Source: Candidatus Bathyarchaeota archaeon (lineage in GTDB: Archaea > Thermoproteota > Bathyarchaeia > 40CM-2-53-6 > RBG-13-38-9). From it: a DNA stretch of 64,000 bases. The stretch covers positions 24,779-88,778 of the forward strand of contig CAWECG010000002.1 in the NCBI GenBank assembly GCA_963807605.1, given 5' to 3'. The position numbers were made by a program, and so were the translations under genes. The notes beneath the pieces were generated by a model. That model worked only from the letters and a program-made list of their open reading frames with translations. It ran no database searches and was not told where the DNA came from. This document shows, in pieces, positions 1 through 11,002 of this stretch (positions are counted from its first letter, which is position 1; each line of letters starts with the position of its first letter).

Positions 1-325
1 TATTTCTTATGTGTATCGTCAGTGTTGTTAGATCTAATATCCTCTGCGATAGACTCGATCAACTGAATAGTGTTGTTGTAACCCTCATCCCTGAAGGGTT
101 GAGCAATAGAGAGAATCTTCTCTGCTCTCTTGGATGAGTCAGAATACATTTGACCTACCAACAAGATTGCTAGATAGGGTGACTATGCATTGGATAGGCA
201 GTCTAAACATATTTGAGATCTACCTTTCGAGCCTTCGGAGTCAAGAGACTGTCTAATATTTGTCAAGTAAAAGGGGATATCTAGTTGAAGAAGGCTAAAG
301 AGATCTTCGAGTACTGGGATGAAAT

Positions 326-887
326 ATGAACTCACTCAAGTGGGTTGAAGTTGATATCAGGGTGACGAAGGCAAAGCATAGGACTCAGGTCATATTAGGC
401 TTTATCAGAGATTTTGTCCAAAGACATAGAGGTAAGTTCGATCAGTGGCACTTTCTAAGAGAACGAAACCCAAGGACTGGAAGACCTGAGATCTGGCTAA
501 GATTCCAAGGCAAAAAGCACAACATCGATAAAATTAAGAAAGATCTTCATCAGAAACTGTCTAGACTTAAACAGTCAATCTAATGTTTTCTCGGATCACG
601 TCTTTGCGAATCAGGGCAAAGAAAATGACGAGTACGTGGGAGAAGAAGGATTATTCGATAAGAGAGGATTTCCAATATTTGCCGAGTATCTAACTTATAC
701 TTCTGAGGTTGCTTTGAAGTTCATAAAAGACGAGTTGGTAGTGACACCCGAAAAACCGATTCCATTTTACATGGAACGTTTCATACATTGCTTTTTGAAT
801 CAGCTTGACCTAGTTCATTTCAGACAGATTGATGATGGATCTCTTCTGTTGTGTGTTCTAGATCTTTCAGTGATTAGATACCAATAA
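326..887 (+). pseudogene. Lantibiotic dehydratase C-terminal-like (Lant_dehydr_C) protein, split by a frameshift near 575-583
   Basis: WHFLRE..PEIWLRF, EYVGEEG and FIHCFLNQL resemble the family motifs WFFIRY..HLRLRF, Y.PE..RYGG and HM..NRL. The second frame is open from ~576 (SNVFSDHVFANQGKENDEYVGEE). Confidence 0.5.
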
Positions 888-980
888 ATAGACAAAGACC
901 TAGGGCCCATCTGTAGATCGAGTCTAGCCGAGTAGTGCTTTCAAGGGGATTAGACGACAGGATTGAAAAGGTGAACCGAA

Positions 981-1682
981 ATCGGCAGCCTGGACGATCT
1001 ACAGAGACTAGCAGAGAAGTATGAACGTCAGGAACGTCTCTTCACGGAATTGGGCTACAAATTTCAAGTCGCAACTGAACCGCTTCTTAAAGAGATGGGG
1101 TATAAGGTCATCAGAGCTTATCATCGAGTCTTTACGAGCGACGCGCAGAAGGAGAAGGGATGGAAATGGTACATAGAGAAACTCGGCAGCTACCTCTGGA
1201 ACTATTCTGACTATGTGGTCGAGAGGAATAACAGGATCTATATTGTTGAAGTGAAGAGTCAGGGATACGTTTCACTACAGAGGGATCAAGAAGTCTACAG
1301 AGGTGCCGGTGAGACTGTCTCTTTCTCTACTCAGGAAAAGGAAGAATATGCCACTTCTCCAGTGCCCGTACTTGTCCTTCTCATGCTATACAATTGGGGT
1401 GGAAAGGTGACTGAATTGCCCCCAAGTAAGTTAGAGGTTAAGGCAGTTCTGAAGTACTCGGAGAAGCCAGACATAAAGCGGCTGGGTCCACTTTTCTATA
1501 AGCTAGTGCCGTTCTCGGATTTTCAGTTCAAACAAGGTGCTACTGGCGGAATTCTGCTTGACAAATTTGGTGGATGCAAAAGCCTCTCCTCTCAGGAGGT
1601 CTACAATCTCTTTCGAAAGACTGGAGCACTTGACATCGTAGGAATTGAGCCGGGTGAGGTCTTGAGAGATAGAGGGAGATGA
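981..1682 (+). CDS. PD-(D/E)XK nuclease-family protein
   Basis: SDYVVERNNRIYIVEVKS catalytic motif. The frame is open upstream of TTG1050 to ATC981, which sits 6 nt after GGTGA. Confidence 0.65.
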   Translation: MGSLDDLQRLAEKYERQERLFTELGYKFQVATEPLLKEMGYKVIRAYHRVFTSDAQKEKGWKWYIEKLGSYLWNYSDYVVERNNRIYIVEVKSQGYVSLQRDQEVYRGAGETVSFSTQEKEEYATSPVPVLVLLMLYNWGGKVTELPPSKLEVKAVLKYSEKPDIKRLGPLFYKLVPFSDFQFKQGATGGILLDKFGGCKSLSSQEVYNLFRKTGALDIVGIEPGEVLRDRGR

Positions 1683-2034
1683 GTTGTTGAGGCGCGCTCA
1701 CACTAGTGAAGCGGTCAAAAACTTTACGAATTAGGCTCGTTTGCTGTATAAGAACGTACTACAGTTTGTGTTGACTCATCCTCTGCAGCCTTATATCGAG
1801 AAGATCATTAGGTCCACGTGAATACTGAAGTTGATTGAAGCAAGAAGTGAGAGTAAGAGCAAGGGTGATAGGATGTTACTGTACTTTGTAGCAGTTTGAC
1901 TACATATTTATTAAACACGTAATACGTAAACAGTAAGTGCCACCTCAACGGTCGAGGTAGTTCGAGGAAGCTCGTGCTGCGAGCACAACCTTGCTAAAAG
2001 TCATGAATGAACGACTAAGTGGGTGCGTAGGTAA

Positions 2035-2295
2035 GTGTCTCAAGTTCAAGACTTAGATCGTGAGAAGTTGAGGGAATGTTTTGACGCCTCAACGGAGAGT
2101 ATGAAATACCTCATTCAAAACTATGAAGATTTGGCGAAAAGACACGATAAGAAATGGATCGCAGTTCTCGATAGTCAAGTGGTGGAAGTAGCGGACAGTA
2201 TAGAAGAACTAAGTAACGCCATTAAGAAACATCAGCGTTCCAAGTGCATTGTAACCGAATATGTTACCACTGAGCCAGTTGCGATGTTCTTCTGA
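2035..2295 (+). CDS. DUF5678-like small protein (putative antitoxin)
   Basis: YEDL...KKWIAV.D.QVV..AD..EEL pattern; directly upstream of a retropepsin gene, the usual pairing. Confidence 0.6.
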   Translation: MSQVQDLDREKLRECFDASTESMKYLIQNYEDLAKRHDKKWIAVLDSQVVEVADSIEELSNAIKKHQRSKCIVTEYVTTEPVAMFF

Positions 2296-2301
2296 TATAA
2301 C

Positions 2302-2757
2302 TTGTCAAGAAAGATCCTTGGAATCAATGATGGACGAAGACCTAGAATTCCCGTCTTCTTTGTTGTCGAAACACTGCAAGCAAACAAGCTAGTTTGGTTC
2401 CTCGTAGACACCGGATCTTGTTTCTCAGCCCTCAACGAATCTGAAGCACTACTGATGGGGCTGGACCTAGCTGTGTTACCGTATGTCAAAGGAGAGTCGA
2501 TAGGATTTGGAGGATACTTCAAGCCTAGGACGATAAATAGACCCGTGAAATTGATCTTCCAAACTGCTGACAATGGACAATACTCATTGCAACAGAGTGG
2601 TTTTCGAATAATATCGCCAGAGCATACCGACGAAGAAACTAGAAGGAAAATAGTAGAGCTCACGCCTTGCGTATTAGGGATGGATATACTTAACAAATTT
2701 GAGATTCATATCTACAGCAAGCGGATAGAACTCATTCCCTATGAGGACCAAGAATAG
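2302..2757 (+). CDS. Retropepsin-like (clan AA) aspartyl protease
   Basis: FLVDTGS catalytic motif and C-terminal VLGMDIL motif. Confidence 0.8.
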   Translation: MSRKILGINDGRRPRIPVFFVVETLQANKLVWFLVDTGSCFSALNESEALLMGLDLAVLPYVKGESIGFGGYFKPRTINRPVKLIFQTADNGQYSLQQSGFRIISPEHTDEETRRKIVELTPCVLGMDILNKFEIHIYSKRIELIPYEDQE

Positions 2758-3014
2758 TCAGGCGCAGACTTACTAGGGAGGTGAATCACTTAGCGCGCAC
2801 TATTGAAGTCCCCAAACGATCGAGGCATCGAAGAGCGAAATAGGCTGAAAATAATCCGTAGGCAAAAATGGGAATACCCCCGAACGGACTGTCGAGTCTA
2901 GCCGGAGATAACCAAAGGAAAACCAGTGTCTATGTAGACACTAAGGCTAAATCTGGTTCAGTGAATCATACTAGGATTGAGATTAGCTCGAGGTTCTAAG
3001 AATCAGACGGTGTT

Positions 3015-3731
3015 TTGATGGGACTGTTAGATGTTCTATTTCGAATCTTTAGAAGAATCAGGCTTTCAAAAGAGGTCTTCATCATACACGGAAGAGACGA
3101 GATCAACAAGAACGCCCTTAAGGAAATGCTCTCAAGTTGGGGTTTGAAGCCAGTAATTCTGGCTGAGCAGACCAATAGAGGACGAACCCTGATCCAAAAG
3201 TTGATTGACCACACATCTGACGTTGGGTATGTATTTGTTTTGATGACTCCTGATGATGAATGTGCAGGGTTACTGGAGTTTGCTGGTTTTATGAAGGATT
3301 TCTCCGATTTCTCTAAGTCAAATGAGGGCGATAGGAAGCGACTTTTAGATCAATTTAGGCAAGGAAAATATGACCGGGTGATACTTGGGTCCACTCCGTC
3401 TGCAGAAAGGTTATCAGAATATGGTGACGTACTCGTCAGAGCGGGACAAGTTTTTAGGAAAAGGGTCCGTCAAAATGTTATGTTTGAATACGGTCTATGC
3501 ATAGGGTCCTTAGGTACGAAAAGAGTCTGCCAACTTGTGAAAGGCGATATTCAGAAAGGCGAAATTGAAATTCCATCTGACATATTGGGATATGGATACA
3601 CTCAATTCAAAGACTCTGTATCAGAGATAGAGGAGCGAATCAGACGAGAGTTGGAGGATGCCGGCTACAGATTAGATGTCAAAATAATAGATTCAAGTCA
3701 CCGAAATAAGAAGAATGACGTAAAACCGTAA
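3015..3731 (+). CDS. Cap12/Pycsar-type TIR domain protein with a large internal insertion
   Basis: VFIIHGRD, ILAEQ..RGRTLIQKL, FVLMTPDD, RQNVMFEYG and IPSDILG motifs. Confidence 0.8.
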   Translation: MMGLLDVLFRIFRRIRLSKEVFIIHGRDEINKNALKEMLSSWGLKPVILAEQTNRGRTLIQKLIDHTSDVGYVFVLMTPDDECAGLLEFAGFMKDFSDFSKSNEGDRKRLLDQFRQGKYDRVILGSTPSAERLSEYGDVLVRAGQVFRKRVRQNVMFEYGLCIGSLGTKRVCQLVKGDIQKGEIEIPSDILGYGYTQFKDSVSEIEERIRRELEDAGYRLDVKIIDSSHRNKKNDVKP

Positions 3732-3781
3732 AAGTATTGAAAACGTCACAATATGGGTAGAAAGCAAGGTGAAACCGAAAA

Positions 3782-4480
3782 ATGCCGCCTAAAGCCCGTT
3801 ACGTTCCGAATAGGATAGAAATTGAGATACCTTCTACGGTCTTGAATTGTCCTTACTGCAAGTCTATAAGTCATTTCACTGATACCAATAAGTCTTTTTT
3901 CGATTTGGAGAAATCAGTGTGGGCAATTCTGCTTTGCGATAACTGCAGAGAACCAGTTCTGGCTATATACAATTAGAACAGGACATGGGTTGTACATGCT
4001 GTAGGCATTGGAGTTCCTTCACTTGAAAAAGAACCAGTATTGGCTTACCCTTATGGCGACCAAGAGAAGATATATGATAAAGGGGGACTCTACGACTTCT
4101 ACAAGGACATTGGAGCAATCACTAAGAGTGCAAAGAATGAAGTTGCCATATGTGATGCCTACGTTAACGAAGAATTGTTGGATCTCTATATTGCAAAACT
4201 CTCGCCGGGCACGAAAATCAGAATACTCACAGAGAAACCCAAAGGCAACTTCATAGTGGTTGCGGGCAAGTTTAAACAGAAACCCGGAGTCAACTTCGAA
4301 GTTAGAACCAGTTCAGACTGTCATGATAGACTGCTCTTTGTAGACGAGATATGCTATGCCTTTGGCCAGTCGGTGAAAGATGCGGGAAGGAAACCCACAT
4401 ACCTTGTGCGTTTGGTAAGCTATGATCTCCTTAAGAGGATCTTTGAGGAGCTATGGAAGAACGCAACTCCATTAGTCTAG
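3782..4480 (+). pseudogene. Zn-ribbon plus PLD-fold-like protein with an in-frame TAG at 3974-3976
   Basis: CPYC..CDNC, then in the same frame after the TAG: CDAYV, IRILT, HDRLLFVD and GQSVKDAG (degenerate PLD-like HDR motif). Confidence 0.6.
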
Positions 4481-4968
4481 CAAGTTGAGAGAATAGGAAA
4501 ATTGGAAGGCGTAAAGTAATAAAGCCGTAACGTAATACAGTCGTCAAAGCAAGAATAAGATATAATATGGATAGATGTTTAGTCATCCATACTCAGCTAA
4601 GGTGACCTGAGAAGACGAGTCAGAAGCCGTAAAACCGTTTCAGAACGGGCACGCAGAGTCAACAGTAAGGACACATATTGCAGTAACTATAGGATAGACT
4701 AGCATGAGCGGTTACAGATACAGAATAATATAACAGTATAATAAGAGCAAATGAAAACAGTTAGAAAATATATTTGAGCGACAGAGCGTGATTCTTTTCT
4801 AATTTACAAGTGCATTTTCTTTAGGCTTTTTTCAATAGAAATAGGCATACAGTACCGACTCAAAGCAAGTTGCAATAGGAGACTCAGAGAGCACATTGTT
4901 AGGTTAGTTTGATTCAGAGAATGTTTTGGCGATAGTGACCTTAAACCGATTTACAGCGGATCAAAAAT

Positions 4969-5766
4969 CTAATGGGCAATAGTCTGAGAGAAGATTCCCT
5001 TAAAGTCTAAGGCTGCTATTATGATAAGTACAATTAGATACAATATGTGATAGATAGTTGAGGTTAAGCCATCTGACAAAGTAGCCAAGTAAATCACGTA
5101 GGCATATGACCCAAAAAATACTAACCAAGATATCTTATGAAGAATGGTAGGACCCCTTGCAGTCTCAGGCTTAAACATCTTGATATTTTCCATTCGTATG
5201 CGACGATCGAAGTTAGCTTGAAGCCATTGAAGGAGTCTATTTTCTGCTCTAGAAACAGATGCGTTGAGAATGAAGCGACCGAAAGAAAAACCAAAAGAGC
5301 CTAACAAAAGAAGATTGAGCATAGGAGCATAGTTCTTAGCAAGCTCACCAAGTGGAGAACCGGCGATAAGCAAGAGAATAAATGAAGACCATAGAATAGT
5401 ATAAAAGACAAGAGTATCAGAAGCAGTCATTCGCCACTTTAGACTGTCTGAGATGTAAGCTCTGATAAATATAGCAAATGGAAAGGCAAGAAACATTAGA
5501 TAAATCATGGTGGCCATGAATAGCCAGGAATCTAGCGGAAGCCCAAAGAACTTGATGAGTTTCAACAGTTCAAGGTTAGAATAGGCAATCATTAACAGTG
5601 TGAAACAAAAGAAAAATAAGGGATAGGTGAGCAACATTAAGTTATCAAATCTAGAAATCCTCTGTTTTTCTTGAATGTCTTCTAGCATATTTTCTATTTT
5701 GTCTAGCTTCTCATCAATACTAGTGTTCATTCGTGTCTTACTGATAGTCTGCGGCCAGTAGTTCAT
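4969..5766 (-). CDS. Multi-pass membrane protein with N-terminal coiled coil
   Basis: 265-aa ORF with about 6 hydrophobic segments. Confidence 0.65.
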   Translation of the reverse strand: MNYWPQTISKTRMNTSIDEKLDKIENMLEDIQEKQRISRFDNLMLLTYPLFFFCFTLLMIAYSNLELLKLIKFFGLPLDSWLFMATMIYLMFLAFPFAIFIRAYISDSLKWRMTASDTLVFYTILWSSFILLLIAGSPLGELAKNYAPMLNLLLLGSFGFSFGRFILNASVSRAENRLLQWLQANFDRRIRMENIKMFKPETARGPTILHKISWLVFFGSYAYVIYLATLSDGLTSTIYHILYLIVLIIIAALDFKGIFSQTIAH

Positions 5767-5801
5767 TAGGTTTGGCGTTTAAAGCATCATAGAAGCAAAA
5801 G

Positions 5802-5931
5802 GGATCCGTATTAGATGGGATCCTACTTTGACGTACTGATCTAGAGCTTTCTATTAGAGAATCATTGAATCAAGGAGGATCCGCTGTTGTCTAGATAGGA
5901 TCCTGCAATGAAGTCTGGAGATTGAGGATCC
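5802..5931. promoter_or_regulatory. Cluster of five GGATCC palindromes in a divergent intergenic region
   Basis: GGATCC at 5802, 5818, 5877, 5898 and 5926. Confidence 0.4.
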
Positions 5932-5997
5932 ACACTCGATATAAATGGACATACTAGGTTTTATTAACTGACGTAATGACATGTTAATGAATACCGG

Positions 5998-7263
5998 ATG
6001 GATAGACTTACAGAACTATCGCTACGGTACTTACGCTTATTTGAAGAGAATGTCAGCAGGAAGCAACTTTCAACTCAGGATCTTAAGACAGCTGAGGAAG
6101 AGAATCGGAAGTTCTGGCTTGAACACTCAAAGGAAATGATTCTAGGGCTAGCCAATGAGTCGAGCCTGAAGACTGCCTATTATGGAGTGGTCATGCCAGT
6201 CGATCCATTAAACTACGTGAGAATGACTGCTCTTTACAGCCACAGAATACTGATCCAAGACTTCTTGAGTATGGATGCTCTATCAGGAATGAACATCAAA
6301 ATTGCCAGTCAGATAGCTGAAGTCCTTCGGAAGGATCTGTATAGCCTACGTAGATATGTCGAGGAAGGTATAGTGGTCATAACTCCTAGGTCTGAATACT
6401 ATCTTTCAGATTCTGGAAAGCAGATAAAGAAAATAGCTGAAGAAGATTATAACAGAGCATTAAGAAACGATCTAGATGTAATCAATCTCAAACGAAATCC
6501 AAGAGTATTGAGAAGTATCGGGCATTTCATTTTGGAGTCTATGTCACCAGAGGAGGGAAAGACAGTTGCTCCTGTACTGGAGGACATCAAGAGATCCACG
6601 ACAAGAAAAGAAATGCAGGAGTTGTTTAACCAACTAATGTTAATGGTTGGTGATAAAGCATATGCCGATGTCTTCGGAAAAGCTGTCTTCGAAGCTGTGG
6701 ATGAAGGGCTTACTATGAGTGATTTTACTAAGAGTGTTCTTTCGACAGAGGACGATTTATGCTATGAATATATGAAACTAAAACTGAAATACACATCCGG
6801 CAGACAATCAACATCGCTAGACGAAGTTATCGTAAGTGTTCTGCCCAATATTGGGCTATGGTACTTGAAGAATTTGTCTGACGACGAGATTCTAAAGATC
6901 AGATCGAAGTCCTCCGAGTTTTATGACCTGAGGGAGGACCTTAGAGATATTTTCCGTCGACTGCAAGACGCAAAGCCAATGCTGAAAGATGTCAGGCAGC
7001 AAGCCAGCGAGGCCAGAGCTATCATAGAAAGCGACTTGAAAGAGATAGAAAGCAGACGCAAGATCATTAAGGGTCTCTACGGTGCTGGTGTGATTCAAGG
7101 AATGCTTGCCGCCGGATCGCTGCTTTTAGGTCTTACACCAATTGACGTTTTGCTCGGATCGTCTATGGCTACGACTTCCATTATCTCTGGATTGCTTGGA
7201 TATACAAAAGACTCCCAAGAAAAGAAGAATTCACTATATCTATTCTGGAAAAAGCACAACTGA
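5998..7263 (+). CDS. Hypothetical protein with coiled coil and C-terminal Gly-rich hydrophobic hairpin
   Basis: 421-aa open ORF. Confidence 0.7.
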   Translation: MDRLTELSLRYLRLFEENVSRKQLSTQDLKTAEEENRKFWLEHSKEMILGLANESSLKTAYYGVVMPVDPLNYVRMTALYSHRILIQDFLSMDALSGMNIKIASQIAEVLRKDLYSLRRYVEEGIVVITPRSEYYLSDSGKQIKKIAEEDYNRALRNDLDVINLKRNPRVLRSIGHFILESMSPEEGKTVAPVLEDIKRSTTRKEMQELFNQLMLMVGDKAYADVFGKAVFEAVDEGLTMSDFTKSVLSTEDDLCYEYMKLKLKYTSGRQSTSLDEVIVSVLPNIGLWYLKNLSDDEILKIRSKSSEFYDLREDLRDIFRRLQDAKPMLKDVRQQASEARAIIESDLKEIESRRKIIKGLYGAGVIQGMLAAGSLLLGLTPIDVLLGSSMATTSIISGLLGYTKDSQEKKNSLYLFWKKHN

Positions 7264-8800
7264 GCCAGAGAAAGTGTTTCCAAATCTTCAAGAATATAGT
7301 CTATAGATAGCATATCGGCTTACAATGGCTGGATCAACCGTTCTGCCTGCTAAAGACGGTATATAACATCAGTGGATTAAGGTCAAGGATTCTAAGGGTG
7401 AACAGGCTCTATCTCAAAAGTACCTTAGAAATCTAGGAAGGAGATTCGAAGCCATAGTCGATTCAAAAGACAAGAGTCTGGACTTCTCCTTAATCATATG
7501 TTGAAGAAATCGCCCAAAATTTTGCGGAGCCGCTGTGAAGTTTAGATGTACAAACCTATTTCTCAGACGTAAGTTGTGCCAAAGCTCCTTCTTTTCTCGT
7601 CTTGTAAAGGGCGTCTTCGATAGCCGTTTTTTCTAAGGATGGGCTGCCTAGGATAAGGTCTACCCACCTCTTCAGTAGAGTTGCTTCTGGAGTCAGCGGT
7701 TCTACGAAGTGTGTGCGTATCAAGCCTGCCTCGAACCATTCTATGGCGGCGCTGACTGAATATTCCATTTCCATGTCTATTGCGAAGGAACCTATTGACC
7801 CAAGGTACTCTAGAGTGAATCTTCTTGCTGCTGGGTCGGCTAGAAACTGTTTTACCCACCCGGGTACTCTCCTGAATAGAAAGATAATTAAAAGTGTACA
7901 TAAAGAAAGTAGTATGGATAGAAAATTACTAATCCATGCTGAGTTATGGGTCTAGGATGCATCTTTAATCGGTCTTTATCCGACACCTGACATTGAGTGT
8001 GTTCTGCGCCTGACTTTTCTTCACATGCCATATCGACTTCATGCATTATTTGCTGTTGTGTTAGGCTCCTTGTTTATTGCTTTCAATGGTTGATTCCAAA
8101 TCTTGCCTTGCCTGAGAGGTATCGTGCTAACTCCTGCAATTTCAACGACAGTGGAATGAAGGCCGCTTCTCTTAGTTGTAGAGGAACTGAACAACAACTT
8201 GATCTTACCAAGAGTAAGACATATCAGAACTCTCTCAAGACACAAAGGTAAGACTTGGCTATTACATACCCGGAAAGTAACAAAAGGGTACAAAAGGTAC
8301 ACTTTGAGGGCACACCCCCTTTGACGGCGAATGAACATGGCTAAGACCAAAAATACAGGAAAAACTTCTTTCAACCTCTAAAAATGATGTCATAATAGCC
8401 ATAAAACTCAGCAATCCTGCCTTATTTCAACAATTCTCCCTTATTGCACAGAGAAATAGCCGAAATGACTGGTGCCAACCCCAGTTATGGGCGTCGCGTA
8501 TGGAGTAGATACGTGTGAGGAGAGGCCACAAAAAGGGGGCCCTTAACTAGCCTTCCATATTCAATAATTATGCCGGGTTAATGCTGAACCACCCTTTTGG
8601 TATTACGATGCACCGTTCCCTGTTAGCAAAGACCGGAACAGACAGAAGGTGTTGAAGCACCAGGATTTCACCGCTCATATGTGATCCAACTTGCCTTTTG
8701 CTGGAAACGGAACAAGAACGCCATATCTTTCAAGGCATGGATGAATTGTACCAGGACTCTAGGGTTTGAAAAAGAGGACTGCTCTGTCTTCAGAAGAAGT

Positions 8801-8836
8801 CAAAGCCCCCGCAGGCTTCAGCCTGCGATAGTTCAG
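8801..8836 (+). mobile_element. IS200/IS605-like right-end hairpin remnant
   Basis: AAGCCCC-CGCAGGC TTCA GCCTGCG-ATAGTTCA, similar in layout to the IS end at 26691-26724. Confidence 0.4.
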
Positions 8837-8939
8837 GCTGAGTGAATTTAAGATTCGTAAGGCAGGCCACCTATCCAGATCTTTAAATACCAGTAACGAT
8901 TTAGTTACTGGCAAGCAACTGGTTAGAGGTGAATAGAAT

Positions 8940-9470
8940 ATGTACTCATGGTCTGAAAGAGGACAAAGTTGGCAACCATACCAGCAACCTTTCCGTCAGC
9001 CGAGAAGTGGACCAATTTACACACCCTCAGGAATTATTCCCGATTCTAGTTATGCAGCAAACTGGCCCGAACTCCGACAATGGGTCCTCCAGAGGGATGG
9101 ACATCAATGTACTAACACTACCACAGACGCATACGGAAACTCATATCGTTGTCCAAATAGAAGTAATCTCCAAATCGACCATATCCTTCCCAAGTCCAAG
9201 GGTGGAAGCGATTACGTACAGAACCTGCGAACCTTATGCGAGCGATGCCACTCTCAACGCCACCCACACATGTGGGCTCAATACCATACAGAACACCCAG
9301 AAGAATTCGGCTATCCACAACAAGGATCCTATACACAGCAGCCAGGATACTATCCTCAACATGGTTATCCACAGTCCGGCTATCCATATCAGCCTCAAAA
9401 CTTCAGCTACCCACAAACATATCCATTCTTTGCCCAACAAATCCATCAGCCCTACTTTAGATACTACTGA
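8940..9470 (+). CDS. HNH endonuclease with Gln/Tyr/Pro-rich low-complexity tails
   Basis: LR..VLQRDGHQC, QIDHILPKSKGGSD..NLRTLCERCH motifs. Confidence 0.85.
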   Translation: MYSWSERGQSWQPYQQPFRQPRSGPIYTPSGIIPDSSYAANWPELRQWVLQRDGHQCTNTTTDAYGNSYRCPNRSNLQIDHILPKSKGGSDYVQNLRTLCERCHSQRHPHMWAQYHTEHPEEFGYPQQGSYTQQPGYYPQHGYPQSGYPYQPQNFSYPQTYPFFAQQIHQPYFRYY

Positions 9471-9591
9471 CAGGTAGCAGACAATCCCCCTCCCTTTTTG
9501 TTCCATCTTTTTCAAGAGGAATAGCCACTTTTCAGTAGCTAGATCCAAACCGTTATACTTACTAGCATTCTATAAGGGAAAGTGAATAGGA

Positions 9592-9798
9592 ATGGTCCAC
9601 ATCGCAGAGAGTGTGATCTTCAAGATACGCAAGGTCAGTGAGGGGTATCAATACCAAGAAGTTCTGATCCGCGTTCCACGCAGCCTATGGGAGGATCCAC
9701 GCTTCCCCATGGATCTCTCTAAGAAGCGAAGACAGAAAGTGATAATTGAATTTAGCGAGGATAAGATCACCATCTCTAAGCCACCAAAACCACCGTGA
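9592..9798 (+). CDS. Small AbrB/MazE-like DNA-binding protein
   Basis: KIRKV....Y...IRVPRSL...KVIIEF..DKITI swapped-hairpin-like pattern. Confidence 0.45.
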   Translation: MVHIAESVIFKIRKVSEGYQYQEVLIRVPRSLWEDPRFPMDLSKKRRQKVIIEFSEDKITISKPPKPP

Positions 9799-9846
9799 AG
9801 ACTCAAATCGTCATTCTAGTGAAAAATGCACATTCTGGCTTCAAGA

Positions 9847-9900
9847 ATCGGTTTTACAAGGCAAACATCGGTTTTACACACGACGGACATCGGTTTTACA
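9847..9900. repeat. Three direct ATCGGTTTTACA 12-mers (iteron-like)
   Basis: Exact copies at 9847, 9867 and 9889; a variant at 10003. Confidence 0.8.
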
Positions 9901-9976
9901 ACCCCGAATCTTTCATTTTGCATAGATGTAAGCCCTAAATCCTATCAAAATGACGGATTTACATGCCCATCTCAAA

Positions 9977-10199
9977 AGGTGCCATAGATCCCTCCTGTGT
10001 AAATCGGTTTTTCATGCTCTGTTAATCTGTCCAGTGTGTGCATTTTTGCTGTTTTAGTCGTTCTGGGATAGTTACTATGGGATTTTAGTGTGATTGTTGC
10101 TCTTTGTTGTTTAGTGGTTCTTATCTTATTGTTATTCTTACTTGGTTCTTTTCTATTTCCTGTTTTGTATTCTTACTCTGTTACCTTGCTCTTTACTGT
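9977..10199 (-). repeat. Non-coding repeat family, copy A (inverted relative to 55343-55570)
   Basis: Reverse-complement alignment by eye, e.g. GTTTTAGTCGTT.TGGGATAGTTA.TATGGGATTTTAGTGTGATTGTTGC. Confidence 0.85.
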
Positions 10200-11002
10200 A
10201 TTGTGATATTGCCTATTATGGCTATAATGGGTTGGTATAGCTCTTTTTGTCTGTCTTGTTTGTTATCTCTTTCTTTGTTCCTATTGTTGATTGATCTTAC
10301 TCTATATTGTGTTCACGCTTATTGTTGTTATGTTGTTCTTTCTCTTTGATTTGCTCTTTACAGCTTATTTAGGTTGTATTGTTGGATTACAGCCTATTTT
10401 AGCTGTTCTTTCTCTATGTTAGAGTGTAAGAGGTGTCTATCTCTCTTTCTCTCTTATCTCTTCCTGCTCTCTCTAATATTGAATAGCTCTCGTGTTCACT
10501 CTTGCTAAGTGCACTCAAGCACCGTGGGGCTTTCTTGCACTCTATAATATGGGGATGCTCAGTCGCCGCTGGGCTTGTTAAGAGGAAATCTTAACAATCT
10601 CTCTTATGGTGTGCTTTATTGCTCTAGGATTCAATGGGTCTTTTGTAGCTAATCTTAGCAAACTCCATCCCTGTATGAAACGGCAGGGTTCTCCAAATTT
10701 GGAGAAAGCTGTTTGGTTACCTAATGTAGTTATGGTCTATCTCTCTTAATGTTGAAGTGGTTTATGGTTTGAAGTAGGGATATGGATTTAACTTGTAGGT
10801 TAATGGCTAATTGGTTATATCTGGTGACCTGGCTTTATCTCTATTCCGTATTAACCGCTTTTGCCAAATTTGACAAAATCGGTTTTGTTCTTCTGGTGGT
10901 TTAATCTCTTATCTCTATGGATGCTTGGTATGATTGGGATATACCGCTCTTAATACTATGTTTACAAGGTAGAATGATAGGATTTAAGACAGCAATTTGG
11001 TT

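Noticed and set aside
3974-3976. Amber readthrough or pyrrolysine at the in-frame TAG
   Set aside because: A single case, no pyl genes seen, TAG ends many intact genes here, and the other in-frame TAG lies in a clearly decayed integrase.
4480-4960. Fourth copy of the A-rich repeat family (also ~1840-1870)
   Set aside because: Similar skew and a terminal AAACCGATT, but only short word matches; it cannot be aligned by eye.
7556-8374. Minus-strand ORF fragments
   Set aside because: Probably a decayed membrane-protein gene; no recognisable family.
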